Part shown: positions 10,746 through 21,630 of the stretch, piece after piece | How the letters are laid out: each line of letters starts with the position of its first letter | Numbering within the stretch: the stretch's first letter is position 1 | From: Betaproteobacteria bacterium SG8_41 | Lineage (GTDB): Bacteria; Pseudomonadota; Gammaproteobacteria; Burkholderiales; SG8-41 | DNA: 64,000 nucleotides | Assembly (NCBI GenBank): GCA_001303585.1 | Contig: LJTT01000007.1 | Coordinates: 7,195-71,194 of the forward strand | Direction: 5' to 3' | Translations under genes and position numbers: made by a program | Notes under the pieces: generated by a model | Seen by the model: only the letters and a program-made list of their open reading frames with translations | Databases searched by the model: none | What the model was told of the DNA's origin: nothing

Positions 10746-11441
10746 CTACACCGTCCGTTTGACCAGCAATTCCTTGATCTTGCCGATCGCGCGGGTCGGG
10801 TTGAGTCCCTTCGGACAAACTTCCACGCAGTTCATGATCGTATGGCACCGGAAAAGGCGGTAGGGGTCTTCCAGGTTGTCCAGCCGCTCGTTGGTCGCCT
10901 GGTCGCGCGTGTCGGCAATGAAACGGTAGGCCTGCAGCAGGCCCGCGGGTCCGACGAACTTGTCCGGGTTCCACCAGAACGACGGGCAGGACGTCGAGCA
11001 GCAGGCGCACAGAATGCACTCATAAAGGCCGTCGAGCTCTTCCCTGTCCGCCGGCGACTGCGTGCGCTCTTTCTCGGGCGGCGGATCGTTGTTGATCACG
11101 TACGGCTTGACCGACTGGTATTGTTTGAAGAACTGCGACATGTCGACGATCAGGTCGCGGATTACCGGCAGGCCCGGCAACGGACGAATCACGACCGGAT
11201 CGCGCAGCTCGGCGAGCTTGGTAACGCATGCCAGGCCGTTCCTGCCGTTGATGTTCATCCCGTCGGAGCCGCACACCCCCTCTCGACAGGACCGGCGGAA
11301 TGCCAGGCTGTCATCATGCGCCTTGATGCGCACCAGTGCGTCGAGAAGCATGCGATCGGTCGGCTCCAGCGCAATGTCGTAGTCCTGCATGCGCGGCTTC
11401 TCGTCGACGTCGGGGTTGTAGCGGTAGATCGAAAAACGCAT
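10746..11441 (-). CDS. sdhB: Succinate dehydrogenase iron-sulfur subunit
   Basis: SCREGVCGSD, CILCACCSTSCPS, CHTIMNCVEVCPK. ATG 11441 with GGAG RBS. Confidence 0.97.
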   Translation of the reverse strand: MRFSIYRYNPDVDEKPRMQDYDIALEPTDRMLLDALVRIKAHDDSLAFRRSCREGVCGSDGMNINGRNGLACVTKLAELRDPVVIRPLPGLPVIRDLIVDMSQFFKQYQSVKPYVINNDPPPEKERTQSPADREELDGLYECILCACCSTSCPSFWWNPDKFVGPAGLLQAYRFIADTRDQATNERLDNLEDPYRLFRCHTIMNCVEVCPKGLNPTRAIGKIKELLVKRTV

Positions 11442-11459
11442 TAGCAGCTCCAATAATCC

Positions 11460-11555
11460 GTGGATCGCAAATCATGCATCGCCAATCGATGCCCATCCAT
11501 AACCCGTCTAGCGCTCTGCCTGCGTTTCACGATTCACCATTCACGTCTTACGTCA
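11460..11555. repeat. Heptamer inverted-arm element starting at the sdhA stop codon
   Basis: Right arm GTTTCAC GATTCAC CATTCAC GTCTTAC GTCA (TCA is the sdhA TGA). Left arm GTGGATC GCAAATC ATGCATC GCCAATC. Confidence 0.7.
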
Positions 11556-13319
11556 ATAAACTCGGGCTTTCGGCTCGAACGGTTCCACCGACAGCGGTTT
11601 TCTGTGCACTGGTTTGTACTCGAGCCGGTCGCCGTCCTTGTACCAAAGCGTATGCTTCAGCCACTTCTCGTCGTCGCGCTCCGGACAATCGGCTCGGTCA
11701 TGCGAGCCGCGGCTCTCTTTGCGCGCCTCGGCCGATACGAGTGAAGCCACCGCGGTCTCGATTAGATTATCGAGTTCGAGCGCCTCGACGCGCGCCGTAT
11801 TGAATGTCTTGCTCTTGTCCTTGATCTCCGTGCGGCCTGCGCGCCCGGCGACTTCCTTGAGCTTTCGCACGCCCTCGGCCAGCAGTTCCGGGAAGCGGAA
11901 CACGCCACAGTGAAGCTGCATGATGCGCCGCATCTCGGCACCAACGTCGGACACACGCTCGCCGTTCTTCTGGCCGTCGAGACGGGCTAGGCGTTGTAAG
12001 GTGAGCGCGTCTGCGTCCTTTGGCAGGGATTTGTGAAGCCGCCCATCTTCATTGAGATCGCGTATGACCTGCTCTCCCGCCGCCTTGCCGAAAACCAGCA
12101 GGTCGAGCAGGGAATTCGTTCCCAAGCGGTTGGCGCCATGAACTGACACGCATGCGCACTCGCCTACCGCGTACAGGCCCTCCACCACCGTTTCTGCGTC
12201 GCCATCTTTCGGGACAACAACCTGCCCGTTGTAGTTCGTGGGAATGCCGCCCATCTGGTAATGGCACGTGGGCACGACGGGAATCGGATCCTTTACCGGA
12301 TCGACGTTGGCAAATTTCCGCGCGATCTCCCGAATGCCCGGCAGCCGTTTGTTGATGACTTCTTCGCCGAGATGGTCAAGTTTGAGAAGAATGCTGTCGG
12401 CTTCCTTGCCGGCGCCGCGCCCTTCCTTGATCTCCGTCGCCATTGCGCGCGAAACGACGTCGCGGCTGGCCAGATCCTTGGCGTTGGGGGCATAGCGCTC
12501 CATGAACCGCTCACCATCCTTGTTCAGCAGGTAACCGCCCTCCCCGCGCACGCCTTCGGTAATCAACACGCCAGCGCCGGCGACACCGGTTGGATGGAAC
12601 TGCCAGAACTCCATGTCCTCTAGCGGGATGCCCGCGCGAGCCGCCATCCCCAGACCGTCGCCCGTATTGATGAACGCGTTCGTGCTCGCGGCATAAATGC
12701 GGCCCGCGCCGCCCGTCGCGAGGACGGTTGCCTTGGCCTGGAGCATCATCACTTCACCGGTTTCCATCTCGAGGGCTGTCACGCCGAGAACCGTGCCGTC
12801 CGCGCCACGCACCAGCTCGAGCGCCATCCACTCGATGAAGAACTGCGTGTGGGCCTTGAGATTGGCCTGATACAAGGTGTGCAGCATGGCATGACCCGTG
12901 CGATCCGCCGCGGCGCACGAGCGCGGCACCATGCGCTCGCCGTAGTTGCGAGTCTGGCCGCCAAACGGCCGTTGATAGATCTTGCCATCCGGCAACCGGT
13001 CGAAAGGCATGCCGAAATGCTCGAGCTCGTAGACGACCTCGTTCGCCTTGCGGCACATGAATTCGATTGCATCCTGGTCGCCCAGGTAGTCGGACCCCTT
13101 TACCGTGTCATACATGTGCCAGTGCCAGTTGTCCTCCTCGACATTCCCGAGCGAGGCCGCAACCCCGCCCTGCGCGGCCACCGTGTGCGAGCGCGTCGGA
13201 AACACCTTGGACAACACCGCGACCTTGAGTTCGGCTTGCGAGAGCTCGAGCGCCGTGCGCAGCCCCGAGCCACCGCCGCCAACGATCACGGCATCAAACG
13301 ATCTGACCGGCAATTGCAT
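11553..13319 (-). CDS. sdhA: Succinate dehydrogenase flavoprotein subunit
   Basis: [10 protein letters not shown] (covalent FAD His), [28 protein letters not shown]. Confidence 0.97.
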   Translation of the reverse strand: MQLPVRSFDAVIVGGGGSGLRTALELSQAELKVAVLSKVFPTRSHTVAAQGGVAASLGNVEEDNWHWHMYDTVKGSDYLGDQDAIEFMCRKANEVVYELEHFGMPFDRLPDGKIYQRPFGGQTRNYGERMVPRSCAAADRTGHAMLHTLYQANLKAHTQFFIEWMALELVRGADGTVLGVTALEMETGEVMMLQAKATVLATGGAGRIYAASTNAFINTGDGLGMAARAGIPLEDMEFWQFHPTGVAGAGVLITEGVRGEGGYLLNKDGERFMERYAPNAKDLASRDVVSRAMATEIKEGRGAGKEADSILLKLDHLGEEVINKRLPGIREIARKFANVDPVKDPIPVVPTCHYQMGGIPTNYNGQVVVPKDGDAETVVEGLYAVGECACVSVHGANRLGTNSLLDLLVFGKAAGEQVIRDLNEDGRLHKSLPKDADALTLQRLARLDGQKNGERVSDVGAEMRRIMQLHCGVFRFPELLAEGVRKLKEVAGRAGRTEIKDKSKTFNTARVEALELDNLIETAVASLVSAEARKESRGSHDRADCPERDDEKWLKHTLWYKDGDRLEYKPVHRKPLSVEPFEPKARVY

Positions 13320-13667
13320 CTAAAAGCCCCACAGTATCTGAATGGACCAAACGGCATAACAGACGAGCGCGCCGATCACGATGACGTACAGTGTCAGCCG
13401 CAGCCCCGCGTCCTTGACGTAATCCATGACGATGTCACGAACACCGATCCATGCGTGGTAGTAAACGCAGAGCAGGAACAGCACGGTGGCGTAGCGCATC
13501 ACGGGCATTTTCCACAGCGTGCTCCAGTGCAGGAAATCAACGGCTGGGGCTATCGCCAGCGCCAGCACCAGCAAAAGGGTGTAGATCACCATCACGACGG
13601 CGGTGATTCGCTGCGCGAGCCAGTCGCGCAAACCGTAGTGCGCCCCGACCACCTCGCGTCTTACCAT
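13320..13667 (-). CDS. sdhD: Succinate dehydrogenase hydrophobic anchor
   Basis: MVRREVVGAHYGLRDWLAQRITA...HAWIGVRDIVMDYVK; ATG at 13667. Confidence 0.94.
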   Translation of the reverse strand: MVRREVVGAHYGLRDWLAQRITAVVMVIYTLLLVLALAIAPAVDFLHWSTLWKMPVMRYATVLFLLCVYYHAWIGVRDIVMDYVKDAGLRLTLYVIVIGALVCYAVWSIQILWGF

Positions 13668-14035
13668 ATCCACACCCCGAACAGCAGCGTTAGGCCCAGG
13701 CTGACGGCCACGACGGCTTTGGCACTCGCGCGCGCCGGCGCCAGATCCGTGCCGTAGTCGAGATCCAGGGCCAGGTAACGTAGCCCGGCGCAAAAGTGGT
13801 GCAGGTAGGCCCACGCCAAACCCAGGAGGAAGAGTTTGGCAAGCGGATGGGCCAGCGCGTTCTTCAACGCGTCGAACGAAGCGGGCGATTCCAGGCTCGA
13901 CTGCATGGCATACAGCAGAAGAGGAATGGCGAGGAACAGCGCCGCCCCAAAAACCCGGTGCATGATCGATATCACGCCCGGAAGCGGCAAGCGAATCTGG
14001 AGAAGATTGAGGTGTTTCGGTCTCGGCTTGGTCAT
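13661..14035 (-). CDS. sdhC: Succinate dehydrogenase cytochrome b556 subunit
   Basis: RPKHLNL...SIMHRV..HHFCAGLRYL. Confidence 0.94.
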   Translation of the reverse strand: MTKPRPKHLNLLQIRLPLPGVISIMHRVFGAALFLAIPLLLYAMQSSLESPASFDALKNALAHPLAKLFLLGLAWAYLHHFCAGLRYLALDLDYGTDLAPARASAKAVVAVSLGLTLLFGVWIW

Positions 14036-14111
14036 CAGCTGCTGTCAGGTCAGGGCCAAAGCGGGATGTGCGGTTGCCTGGTCGTATCGTTACTGCGGCG
14101 GGACGAGTCGG

Positions 14112-14133
14112 GGTTAGCAATCGGTTAGCAATC
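14112..14133. promoter_or_regulatory. Perfect 11-bp direct repeat GGTTAGCAATC x2 in the sdhC/mdh divergent promoter
   Basis: Seen directly. The one-helical-turn period suggests a transcription-factor site (inference). Confidence 0.4.
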
Positions 14134-14149
14134 GAATTTTAGCAGTTTT

Positions 14150-14164
14150 TTGTGCAGTGCATAA
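14150..14164. promoter_or_regulatory. Palindrome TTGTGCA-G-TGCATAA, candidate regulator site
   Basis: 7-1-7 inverted repeat with one mismatch. Resembles TGCA-N-TGCA sites attributed to PhaR-type regulators (inference). Confidence 0.4.
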
Positions 14165-14359
14165 GTCGGCCAGGCGCTTGCAACCTGCTGATCTGCGGGG
14201 CACTCTGGTCTGAACTCAGGTTCCAGCATCAACTTGTCACTTCAGTGCATCGTTCGCTATCATCGCAGGTTGAAACGCTGGCAACGTCCCCGCCTAACTA
14301 GCTTTTCTCGCCCCATACCATCAAGCAAAACCCCTTCCAGTACAAGAGGAGTCCACGTC

Positions 14360-15352
14360 ATGAAAAGCCCCATGCGCGTCGCGGTTACCGGCGCAGCCGG
14401 TCAAATTGGCTACAGCCTGCTATTCCGCATTGCCAGCGGCGAAATGCTCGGTAACGACCAACCGGTCATCCTTCAATTGCTAGAGATCCCCGACCCCAAA
14501 GCCCAGAAGGCGCTCACCGGCGTCATCATGGAACTGGACGACTGCGCATTTCCGCTCCTCGCCGGGGTGGTTCCCACCGCCGATCCGTTGGTTGCTTTCA
14601 AGGACGCCAATATCGCCTTGCTGGTCGGCGCGCGCCCGCGGGGTCCGGGAATGGAGCGCAAGGATTTGCTCGATGCGAACGGCAAGATTTTTGCTCCGCA
14701 GGGCAAGGCCCTTTCGGAGGTGGCCAGCCGCGACGTCAAAGTGTTGGTCGTCGGCAACCCCGCCAACACCAATTGCCTGATCGCGATGAAGAATGCTCCC
14801 GGCCTCAAGCCGGAAAATTTCGGTTCAATGATGCGCCTCGACCATAATCGGGCGCTGTCGCAGGTGGCCCAGAAAACCGGCAAGCCGGTCGCCAGCGTGA
14901 GGAAAATGGCCGTCTGGGGCAATCATTCCGCGACACAGTATCCGGACATCTTCCATGCCGAAGTGGACGGAAAAAATGCCGCCAGGCTGATCAACGATCA
15001 GAAGTGGCTCGAGTCCCAATTCATCCCGACCATCCAGAAGCGCGGTGCGGCCATCATCGAGGCGCGCGGCCTGTCCTCGGCGGCCAGTGCTGCGAACGCC
15101 GCGATGGACCACATTCGGGATTGGGTCTACGGCACCCGGGATGGCGATTGGGTGAGCATGGGGGTCGCTTCGGATGGGAGCTACGGCATTCCCGAGGGTG
15201 TCATCTACGGCTATCCGTGCGTATGCCGCAAGGGGACGCATGAGATCGTCCAGGGTCTGGACATCAGCGATTTCAGCCAGGCGCGCATGATGGCAACGCT
15301 CAAGGAGCTGCATGAAGAGCGCGACGCCATCAAGCATCTTCTGGGCTCGTGA
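14360..15352 (+). CDS. mdh: Malate dehydrogenase
   Basis: [49 protein letters not shown]; GAGGAG RBS. Confidence 0.97.
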   Translation: MKSPMRVAVTGAAGQIGYSLLFRIASGEMLGNDQPVILQLLEIPDPKAQKALTGVIMELDDCAFPLLAGVVPTADPLVAFKDANIALLVGARPRGPGMERKDLLDANGKIFAPQGKALSEVASRDVKVLVVGNPANTNCLIAMKNAPGLKPENFGSMMRLDHNRALSQVAQKTGKPVASVRKMAVWGNHSATQYPDIFHAEVDGKNAARLINDQKWLESQFIPTIQKRGAAIIEARGLSSAASAANAAMDHIRDWVYGTRDGDWVSMGVASDGSYGIPEGVIYGYPCVCRKGTHEIVQGLDISDFSQARMMATLKELHEERDAIKHLLGS

Positions 15353-15418
15353 ACGCTAAACGGTCACGTACAAGCGTCCGCCTATCCATCCGTTCACTGT
15401 TCACTGATCACCGTTCAC
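15349..15418. repeat. Heptamer inverted-arm element from the mdh stop to the prpC RBS
   Basis: G-TGA-ACG CTAAACG ... CGTTCAC TGTTCAC TGATCAC CGTTCAC, then GGGAGG. Confidence 0.8.
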
Positions 15419-15428
15419 GGGAGGTCGT

Positions 15429-16580
15429 ATGAGCGAAGGCCAGACTGCCATCAAGCCCAAAAAATCGGTCGCCTTGTCGGGTATAGCTGCGGGCAGTACG
15501 GCCCTATGCACGGTCGGGCGCAGCGGAAACGACCTGCACTATCGAGGCTACGATATTCTGGACATTGCCGAGCAATGCGAGTTCGAAGAAATCGCGTACC
15601 TCCTCGTGCACGGTAAGTTGCCGACCGCCGCCGCGCTCCGCGGCTACAAGGCGAAGCTGGCGCAGCTGCGCGGCCTGCCGGCTGCCGTGTTGCGCGTTCT
15701 CGAGCAGCTGCCCGCCAGCGCCCACCCCATGGACGTCATGCGCACCGGTTGCTCGGCCCTGGGAACCGCCCTGCCGGAGAAGGATGACCACAATCTGCCG
15801 GGCGCCCGCGACATCGCAGACCGGCTCATGGCCTCCTTCGGCTCGATGCTGCTCTACTGGTACCACTACTCGCACAGCGGGCGCCGCATCGAGCTCGAAA
15901 CGGATGACGATTCGATCGGCGCTCATTTTCTACACCTGCTGCACGGCAAGCCCGCGCAGCCGCAATGGGTGCGGGCGATGCATACCTCGCTAAACCTCTA
16001 CGCGGAACATGAGTTCAACGCCTCCACGTTTGCGGCGCGCGTCGTGGCGGGCACTGGCGCCGATATGTATTCCGCGATCACAGGCGCGATCGGCGCGCTG
16101 AAGGGACCGAAGCACGGCGGCGCGAACGAGGTCGGGTTCGAGGTCATGAACCGGTACGACACCCCCGACGAAGCAGAGAACGACATCGTGACTCGGGTGC
16201 GCAACAAGGAGGTCGTGATCGGATTCGGGCATCCGGTCTACACCATCGCCGATCCCCGCAACAAGATCATCAAGGACGTCGCGCGCCGCCTGTCCGAGGC
16301 GGCGGGTGACACCAAGATGTTCGAGGTTGCCGACCGCATCGAGGCAGTGATGATGCGGGAGAAGAAGATGTTCGCGAATCTGGACTGGTTCTCGGCCGTG
16401 TCCTACCACCGTATGGGCGTGCCCACCGCGATGTTCACGCCAATCTTCGTCATCTCCCGGACCAGCGGCTGGTCTGCGCACGTCATCGAGCAACGCATAG
16501 ACAACAAGATTATCCGCCCGACCGCGGTCTACACGGGGCCCGAGCCCCGGAAGCTCGTCCCCATCCAAAACAGAAAGTGA
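15429..16580 (+). CDS. prpC: 2-methylcitrate synthase
   Basis: [53 protein letters not shown]. Confidence 0.95.
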   Translation: MSEGQTAIKPKKSVALSGIAAGSTALCTVGRSGNDLHYRGYDILDIAEQCEFEEIAYLLVHGKLPTAAALRGYKAKLAQLRGLPAAVLRVLEQLPASAHPMDVMRTGCSALGTALPEKDDHNLPGARDIADRLMASFGSMLLYWYHYSHSGRRIELETDDDSIGAHFLHLLHGKPAQPQWVRAMHTSLNLYAEHEFNASTFAARVVAGTGADMYSAITGAIGALKGPKHGGANEVGFEVMNRYDTPDEAENDIVTRVRNKEVVIGFGHPVYTIADPRNKIIKDVARRLSEAAGDTKMFEVADRIEAVMMREKKMFANLDWFSAVSYHRMGVPTAMFTPIFVISRTSGWSAHVIEQRIDNKIIRPTAVYTGPEPRKLVPIQNRK

Positions 16581-16668
16581 CCGGTGATCAGTGACCCGTG
16601 ACCGGTTGTTCGCAAGAACACGCCAAACAACCGGGTCTCTTCGTCACGGGTCACGGCGCACTAATCAC
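16577..16668. repeat. Heptamer inverted-arm element starting at the prpC stop
   Basis: G-TGA-CCG GTGATCA GTGACCC GTGACCG ... TCGTCAC GGGTCAC GGCGCAC TAATCAC. Confidence 0.85.
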
Positions 16669-16682
16669 GCTTGATCAGCCAT

Positions 16683-18125
16683 ATGAGCTCGCACATTTCC
16701 AACGTCCGCCCAAAATTCGATAAGGTCCTGACGGACATCGCCGATTACGTCGTCGGCTACAAGGTCCGAAGCCAGGAAGCCTACAACACCGCGCGGCTTT
16801 GCCTCATGGACACGCTCGGCTGCGGACTTGAGGCTCTCGAATATCCCGCCTGCACCAAGCTGCTCGGCCCCATCGTTCGCGGGACGATCGTGCCGCATGG
16901 CGCAAAGGTTCCCGGGACGCCATATCAGCTCGACCCGGTCACGGCCGCCTTCAACCTCGGCGCAATGGTCCGCTGGCTCGACTTCAATGACACCTGGCTG
17001 GCAGCCGAGTGGGGCCACCCGTCCGACAATCTCGGCGGCATTCTGGCCACCGCCGACTGGCTGTCGCGCACGCGCGTCGCGCAACGCAGGGAAGCGCTGG
17101 TGATGCGCGACGTCCTCACGGCCATGATCAAGGCACACGAGATCCAGGGAGTGATCGCGCTCGAGAACAGCTTCAACCGAGTCGGCCTCGACCATGTCGT
17201 CCTGGTGAAAGTCGCATCAACGGCGGTCGTGACACAAATGATGGGCGGCACTTACGACGAGATCGTCAACGCGATCTCGAATGCCTGGATCGACGGCCAG
17301 TCCCTGCGCACCTACCGTCACGCACCCAACACGGGTTCGCGCAAGTCCTGGGCCGCAGGTGATGCGACCAGCCGGGCGGTGCGACTCGCGCTGATGGCGT
17401 TGAGGGGCGAGATGGGCTATCCCTCTGCCCTCACCGCGAAGACATGGGGTTTCTATCATGTCCTGTTCAAGGACAAACCGCTGCGCTTCACGCGCACCTA
17501 TGGCTCGTACGTGATGGAAAACGTGCTGTTCAAGATTTCGTTTCCGGCCGAGTTTCACGCCCAGACGGCGGTCGAGGCGGCGGTTCGACTGCACCCGAAG
17601 GTGAAAGACCGACTCGGAGAGGCGAAGAAGATCGTAATCACGACCCACGAATCGGCCATCCGGATCATCGACAAGAAAGGGCCGCTTCACAATCCCGCCG
17701 ACCGCGACCACTGTCTCCAGTACATGACCGCCATCGGCCTCATGAAGGGCAATCTCGTTGCCGCTGACTACGAAGATGACGTTGCTCGCGACCCGGGCGT
17801 CGACGCCTTGCGCGCAAAGATGCACTGCGTCGAAAACAAGCAGTGGACACGCGATTACCTGGATCCCGGAAAACGCTCGATCGCCAATGCGGTCCAGGTT
17901 TTCTTCCGCGACGGCTCGCGTTCCGAGAACATTGCCGTTGAATATCCTGTCGGCCACCGGCGCCGGCGCAAGGAAGGCGTGCCGCTGCTTGAAGCGAAGT
18001 TCCGGACCAATCTTGCCCGCCGCTTTGCGCCCAAGCAGCAACAGTCAATACTGGCAGCCTGCCGCGACCAGGAACGCCTCGAGGCAATGCCGGTGCACGA
18101 GTTCGTGGACCTCTTCACGCTTTAG
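16683..18125 (+). CDS. prpD: 2-methylcitrate dehydratase
   Basis: [51 protein letters not shown]. Confidence 0.96.
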   Translation: MSSHISNVRPKFDKVLTDIADYVVGYKVRSQEAYNTARLCLMDTLGCGLEALEYPACTKLLGPIVRGTIVPHGAKVPGTPYQLDPVTAAFNLGAMVRWLDFNDTWLAAEWGHPSDNLGGILATADWLSRTRVAQRREALVMRDVLTAMIKAHEIQGVIALENSFNRVGLDHVVLVKVASTAVVTQMMGGTYDEIVNAISNAWIDGQSLRTYRHAPNTGSRKSWAAGDATSRAVRLALMALRGEMGYPSALTAKTWGFYHVLFKDKPLRFTRTYGSYVMENVLFKISFPAEFHAQTAVEAAVRLHPKVKDRLGEAKKIVITTHESAIRIIDKKGPLHNPADRDHCLQYMTAIGLMKGNLVAADYEDDVARDPGVDALRAKMHCVENKQWTRDYLDPGKRSIANAVQVFFRDGSRSENIAVEYPVGHRRRRKEGVPLLEAKFRTNLARRFAPKQQQSILAACRDQERLEAMPVHEFVDLFTL

Positions 18126-18167
18126 CTGTCGTGAATCGTGAGTCGAGCTTCGTACAGAACTGAAAGG

Positions 18168-18369
18168 TTAGCAGCAGATACACGCAGATAAACGCGGATC
18201 GAAAACCTGCGTAAATCACTCAACTCTTTTTTTGATCGGCGTCTTTCGCCGTTCATCCGCGGCGGATTAACTTTGACTCAAAAGGCAGAAATCAGGCGCT
18301 GGCAGGCGAAACGGTTTTCGGTTTTTTGTGTCGACTTATCTGCGTTTATCTACGTGTATCTGCGGCTAA
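18168..18369. repeat. Decamer-repeat inverted-arm element (about 32-bp imperfect terminal inverted repeats)
   Basis: Left TTAGCAGCAGATACACGCAGATAAACGCGGAT; right ATCTGCGTTTATCTACGTGTATCTGCGGCTAA followed by a T-rich tail. A degenerate internal copy lies at about 18234-18263. Confidence 0.85.
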
Positions 18370-18377
18370 TCAAGTTT

Positions 18378-18873
18378 TTGCGTTTTTCCAGACACCCTCG
18401 TATTGCACGAGGACTTTTGGCGGGCGTCATGCTTTGCGCGCTTGCCGCGCCCGCGCTGGCTGCCGAAGGCCGCGATCCCTACCAGCATTTCTTCGCTTCG
18501 GGCACGGATGACCTCCGGGCGGAGCTTGCGGACGCGAAACGCGGCGGCAAGAAAGCTCTGTTCGTGATGTTCGAGCAGGATGGGTGCCCGGGATGCATCT
18601 ACATGAAGGCGCATGTGCTCAATCGGCGCGACATCCAGAAATTCTACCGCGACCACTTTCTCAATTTCTCCATCAATATTTATGGCGCCGCGCCTCTGGA
18701 GGACTTCGGGGGACGGAACGTGACGGAGAAGGCATGAAATCGTTCGCATCACCGGCGCGATCCGGGATGCAGGTGAATTCATACTGCTCGGCGAATTCGT
18801 TGTGAGCGGTGCTTATCGCAAGAGAAAGTTTGCCGAATTTCTGCAGGAATACCGGCGAAGGAAAGGAAGCTGA
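18378..18873 (+). pseudogene. SoxW-like periplasmic thioredoxin-fold protein, broken by an internal deletion/frameshift at about 18735
   Basis: Signal peptide, then KALFVMFEQDGCPGCIYMK...VTEKA*. Another frame from 18736 continues EIVRITGAIRDAGEFILLGEFVVSGAYRKRKFAEFLQEYRRRKGS* and ends right at the acnA GTG. The cis-Pro (TP) strand segment is missing. Confidence 0.7.
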
Positions 18874-21567
18874 GTGGCACACGACCCGTTCAACGCGCTG
18901 CGCGAATTGAAGCTGCCTTCGGGCAAGACCGGCCGCTACCATGCTCTGGCGGCGCTGGAATCAGCGGGGCTTGGCAAGATCTCGCGCCTTCCCTGCTGTT
19001 TGCGCATCATCCTCGAATCACTGCTTCGGAACTGCGATGGCAAGCGCGTCGCGGAGGAGCACGTCAGAAACCTGGCCGCCTGGCAGGCCAATGCCGCGCG
19101 TGAGGTGGAAATTCCATTCGTGGTCGCGCGTATCCTGCTCCAGGATCTGTCGGGATTTCCCGCCCTCAACGACTTTGCCGCGATGCGAGCGACCGCGCGC
19201 CAGCTCGGCAAGGATCCCACCCGCATCGAGCCTATGGTGCCTGTCGACCTTGTCGTCGACCACCAGGTCGAAGTGGACTTCCACAAGGTTCCGGACGCCG
19301 TCGCCCGTAACATGGAGCTCGAGTATCGTCGCAACGCGGAGCGGCTCTCGCTGCTGAAGTGGGGCAAGCAGGCGTTTTCCGGCATTCGCATCGTGCCGCC
19401 AGGCAACGGCATCGTGCACCAGGTGAACCTGGAATACCTGGCCCGCGGCGTATGGGAGAAAGACGGGATCTATTATCCTGACACGCTCGTATGCACCGAT
19501 TCTCATACGCCCATGATCAATGGCATCGGCGTGCTCGGCTGGGGCGTCGGCGGCATCGAGGCGATGGCCGGGATGCTGGGCGAGCCCATTTATTTCCTCA
19601 CTCCCGACGTCGTGGGCGTGCACATGAGCGGGCAGCTCGGCGAAGGCGTCACCGCAACCGACCTGGTCCTGACCGTCACCGAACTGCTGCGGCGTTCGAA
19701 TGTCGTGGGCAAGTTTGTCGAGTACTTCGGCGAGGGCGCGGCCTCGCTCTCTCCTACCGACCGGGCAACGGTTGCCAACATGGCCCCCGACTACGGCGCC
19801 ACATGCGGGTACTTCCCGGTGGACGAAAAGACCATTGATTACTACCGCATGACCGGCCGCGATCCGGCGCTGGTGGAAGCGATTGAAGGTTATTACCGCG
19901 CCCAGGGCCTCTTTGGCATCCCGGGTAAAGGCGCGTGCGACTACTCGCAAGTGATCGAGCTCGATCTTTCGAAGGTGGCACCCAGCGTGTCGGGACCGCG
20001 GCGACCGCAGGAGCGTATCGACCTGGGGAGCATCAAGCGACGCTTCAAGGAACTTTTTTCCAAGCCCACGAGCGCCGGCGGCTACGGAAAAGCAGCCGGT
20101 GATCTTGGAAAACGCATGGCCACGGCCCGCGACGGGCTGGATGTCGGTCACGGTGACGTGCTCATCGCCGCGATCACGTCGTGCACCAACACCTCCAATC
20201 CGAATCTTCTGCTGGGTGCGGGCTTGCTCGCAAAAAAGGCGGTCGAAAAGGGCCTCACTGTCGGCCCGCGGGTCAAGACGTCGCTCGCACCCGGGTCCAA
20301 GGTGGTGACGGCCTACCTGCGCGACGCCGGCCTGCTGCCCTACCTCGAGCGCCTGGGCTACCAAGTGGTTGCCTATGGCTGCACCACCTGTATGGGAAAC
20401 TCGGGCCCGCTTGATCCCGTGATTGAGGAAGCCATCGTCAAAAACGACTTCATCGGCTGCGCCGTACTCTCCGGCAACCGCAACTTTGAAGCCCGCGTCC
20501 ACAACAGCCTGAAGGCCAATTTCCTGATGAGTCCACCTCTGGTGGTCGCGTTTGCCCTTGCGGGCAATGTGAACATCGACATGACGCAGGAACCCCTCGG
20601 CACCGGGAGCGACGGAAAACCGGTCTACCTGAGAGACATCTGGCCCTCCGACGCGGAAATCACATCGGCACTTCGGTTTGCGCGCAACGCGGAGAACTTC
20701 CGCCGGGAGTACGGCGATCTGATGGTGGCGAAGAAGCTCTGGGACGCGATCCCCGAGACCAAGGGTGCGCTCTACGAATGGGAGGCGAAATCCACTTATA
20801 TCCTGAAGCCACCGTTCTTCTCGGGCTTCGGGCTACAGCCTGGTCGCGTCGAAAATGTCACGGGCGCGCGGATTCTCGGCATGTTTGGAGATTCCCTCAC
20901 GACCGATCACATCAGCCCCGTGGCCGCGATTACTCCTGATTCTCCGGCGGGCCGCTGGTTGCAGGAGCATGGCGACGAGCCTTCGCAGCTGAGCAGCTTT
21001 GGCTCTCGCCGCTGCAATCATGAAGTCATGGTACGCGGGACATTCGCCAACCTCCGGATCCGCAACCTCATGGCGCCCGGACGGGAAGGCGGCTACACCA
21101 CGCACCAGCCCAGTGGCGAAGTCATGCGGATTTTCGACGCTGCCACGCGATACCAAAGCGAAGGCATTCCGCTTGTCGTGTTCGCGGGCGAGGAGTACGG
21201 CACCGGGTCGTCGCGCGACTGGGCGGCGCGCGGCCCTCAACTGATGGGAGTAAAGGCGGTGATCGCGCGCGGCTTCGAGCGCATCCATCGCTCCAACCTG
21301 GTCGGCATGGGCATTTTCCCCTGCCAGTTCACGGGCGACGATTCCCTCACCTCGCTCGGTCTCGACGGCACCGAAACGGTGGACATCCTGGGGGTTGAAG
21401 GTGACATCTCACCGCGACAGAAAGCGCGGCTTGTCGTTCACCGCAGCGATGGCAGCCGACAGGAGGTTCCCGTCATTTTGCGGGTGGACACCGCGATCGA
21501 GGCGGAGTACTTGAGGCACGGCGGCATCATGCAGTACGTTCTACGCGGCCTTCTGACGGCCGCGTAA
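18874..21567 (+). CDS. Aconitate hydratase A family paralogue with divergent active-site motifs (possible 2-methylisocitrate dehydratase)
   Basis: [33 protein letters not shown] and GSSRDWAA are retained. Multiple substitutions versus the second AcnA in the window. Confidence 0.9.
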   Translation: MAHDPFNALRELKLPSGKTGRYHALAALESAGLGKISRLPCCLRIILESLLRNCDGKRVAEEHVRNLAAWQANAAREVEIPFVVARILLQDLSGFPALNDFAAMRATARQLGKDPTRIEPMVPVDLVVDHQVEVDFHKVPDAVARNMELEYRRNAERLSLLKWGKQAFSGIRIVPPGNGIVHQVNLEYLARGVWEKDGIYYPDTLVCTDSHTPMINGIGVLGWGVGGIEAMAGMLGEPIYFLTPDVVGVHMSGQLGEGVTATDLVLTVTELLRRSNVVGKFVEYFGEGAASLSPTDRATVANMAPDYGATCGYFPVDEKTIDYYRMTGRDPALVEAIEGYYRAQGLFGIPGKGACDYSQVIELDLSKVAPSVSGPRRPQERIDLGSIKRRFKELFSKPTSAGGYGKAAGDLGKRMATARDGLDVGHGDVLIAAITSCTNTSNPNLLLGAGLLAKKAVEKGLTVGPRVKTSLAPGSKVVTAYLRDAGLLPYLERLGYQVVAYGCTTCMGNSGPLDPVIEEAIVKNDFIGCAVLSGNRNFEARVHNSLKANFLMSPPLVVAFALAGNVNIDMTQEPLGTGSDGKPVYLRDIWPSDAEITSALRFARNAENFRREYGDLMVAKKLWDAIPETKGALYEWEAKSTYILKPPFFSGFGLQPGRVENVTGARILGMFGDSLTTDHISPVAAITPDSPAGRWLQEHGDEPSQLSSFGSRRCNHEVMVRGTFANLRIRNLMAPGREGGYTTHQPSGEVMRIFDAATRYQSEGIPLVVFAGEEYGTGSSRDWAARGPQLMGVKAVIARGFERIHRSNLVGMGIFPCQFTGDDSLTSLGLDGTETVDILGVEGDISPRQKARLVVHRSDGSRQEVPVILRVDTAIEAEYLRHGGIMQYVLRGLLTAA

Positions 21568-21630
21568 GACCCCGACGAGGCAAACCTTCGCGACTCCGAC
21601 CGGCCCCTTTTCGATCACGAGTCGGTAAAG

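Noticed and set aside
18273-18377. N-terminal extensions or ORFs reading LSAFIYVYLRL, ICVYLRL or AADKRRYTQI (also 29561, 49254, 49961)
   Set aside because: These are translations of the decamer repeat, not a protein family.
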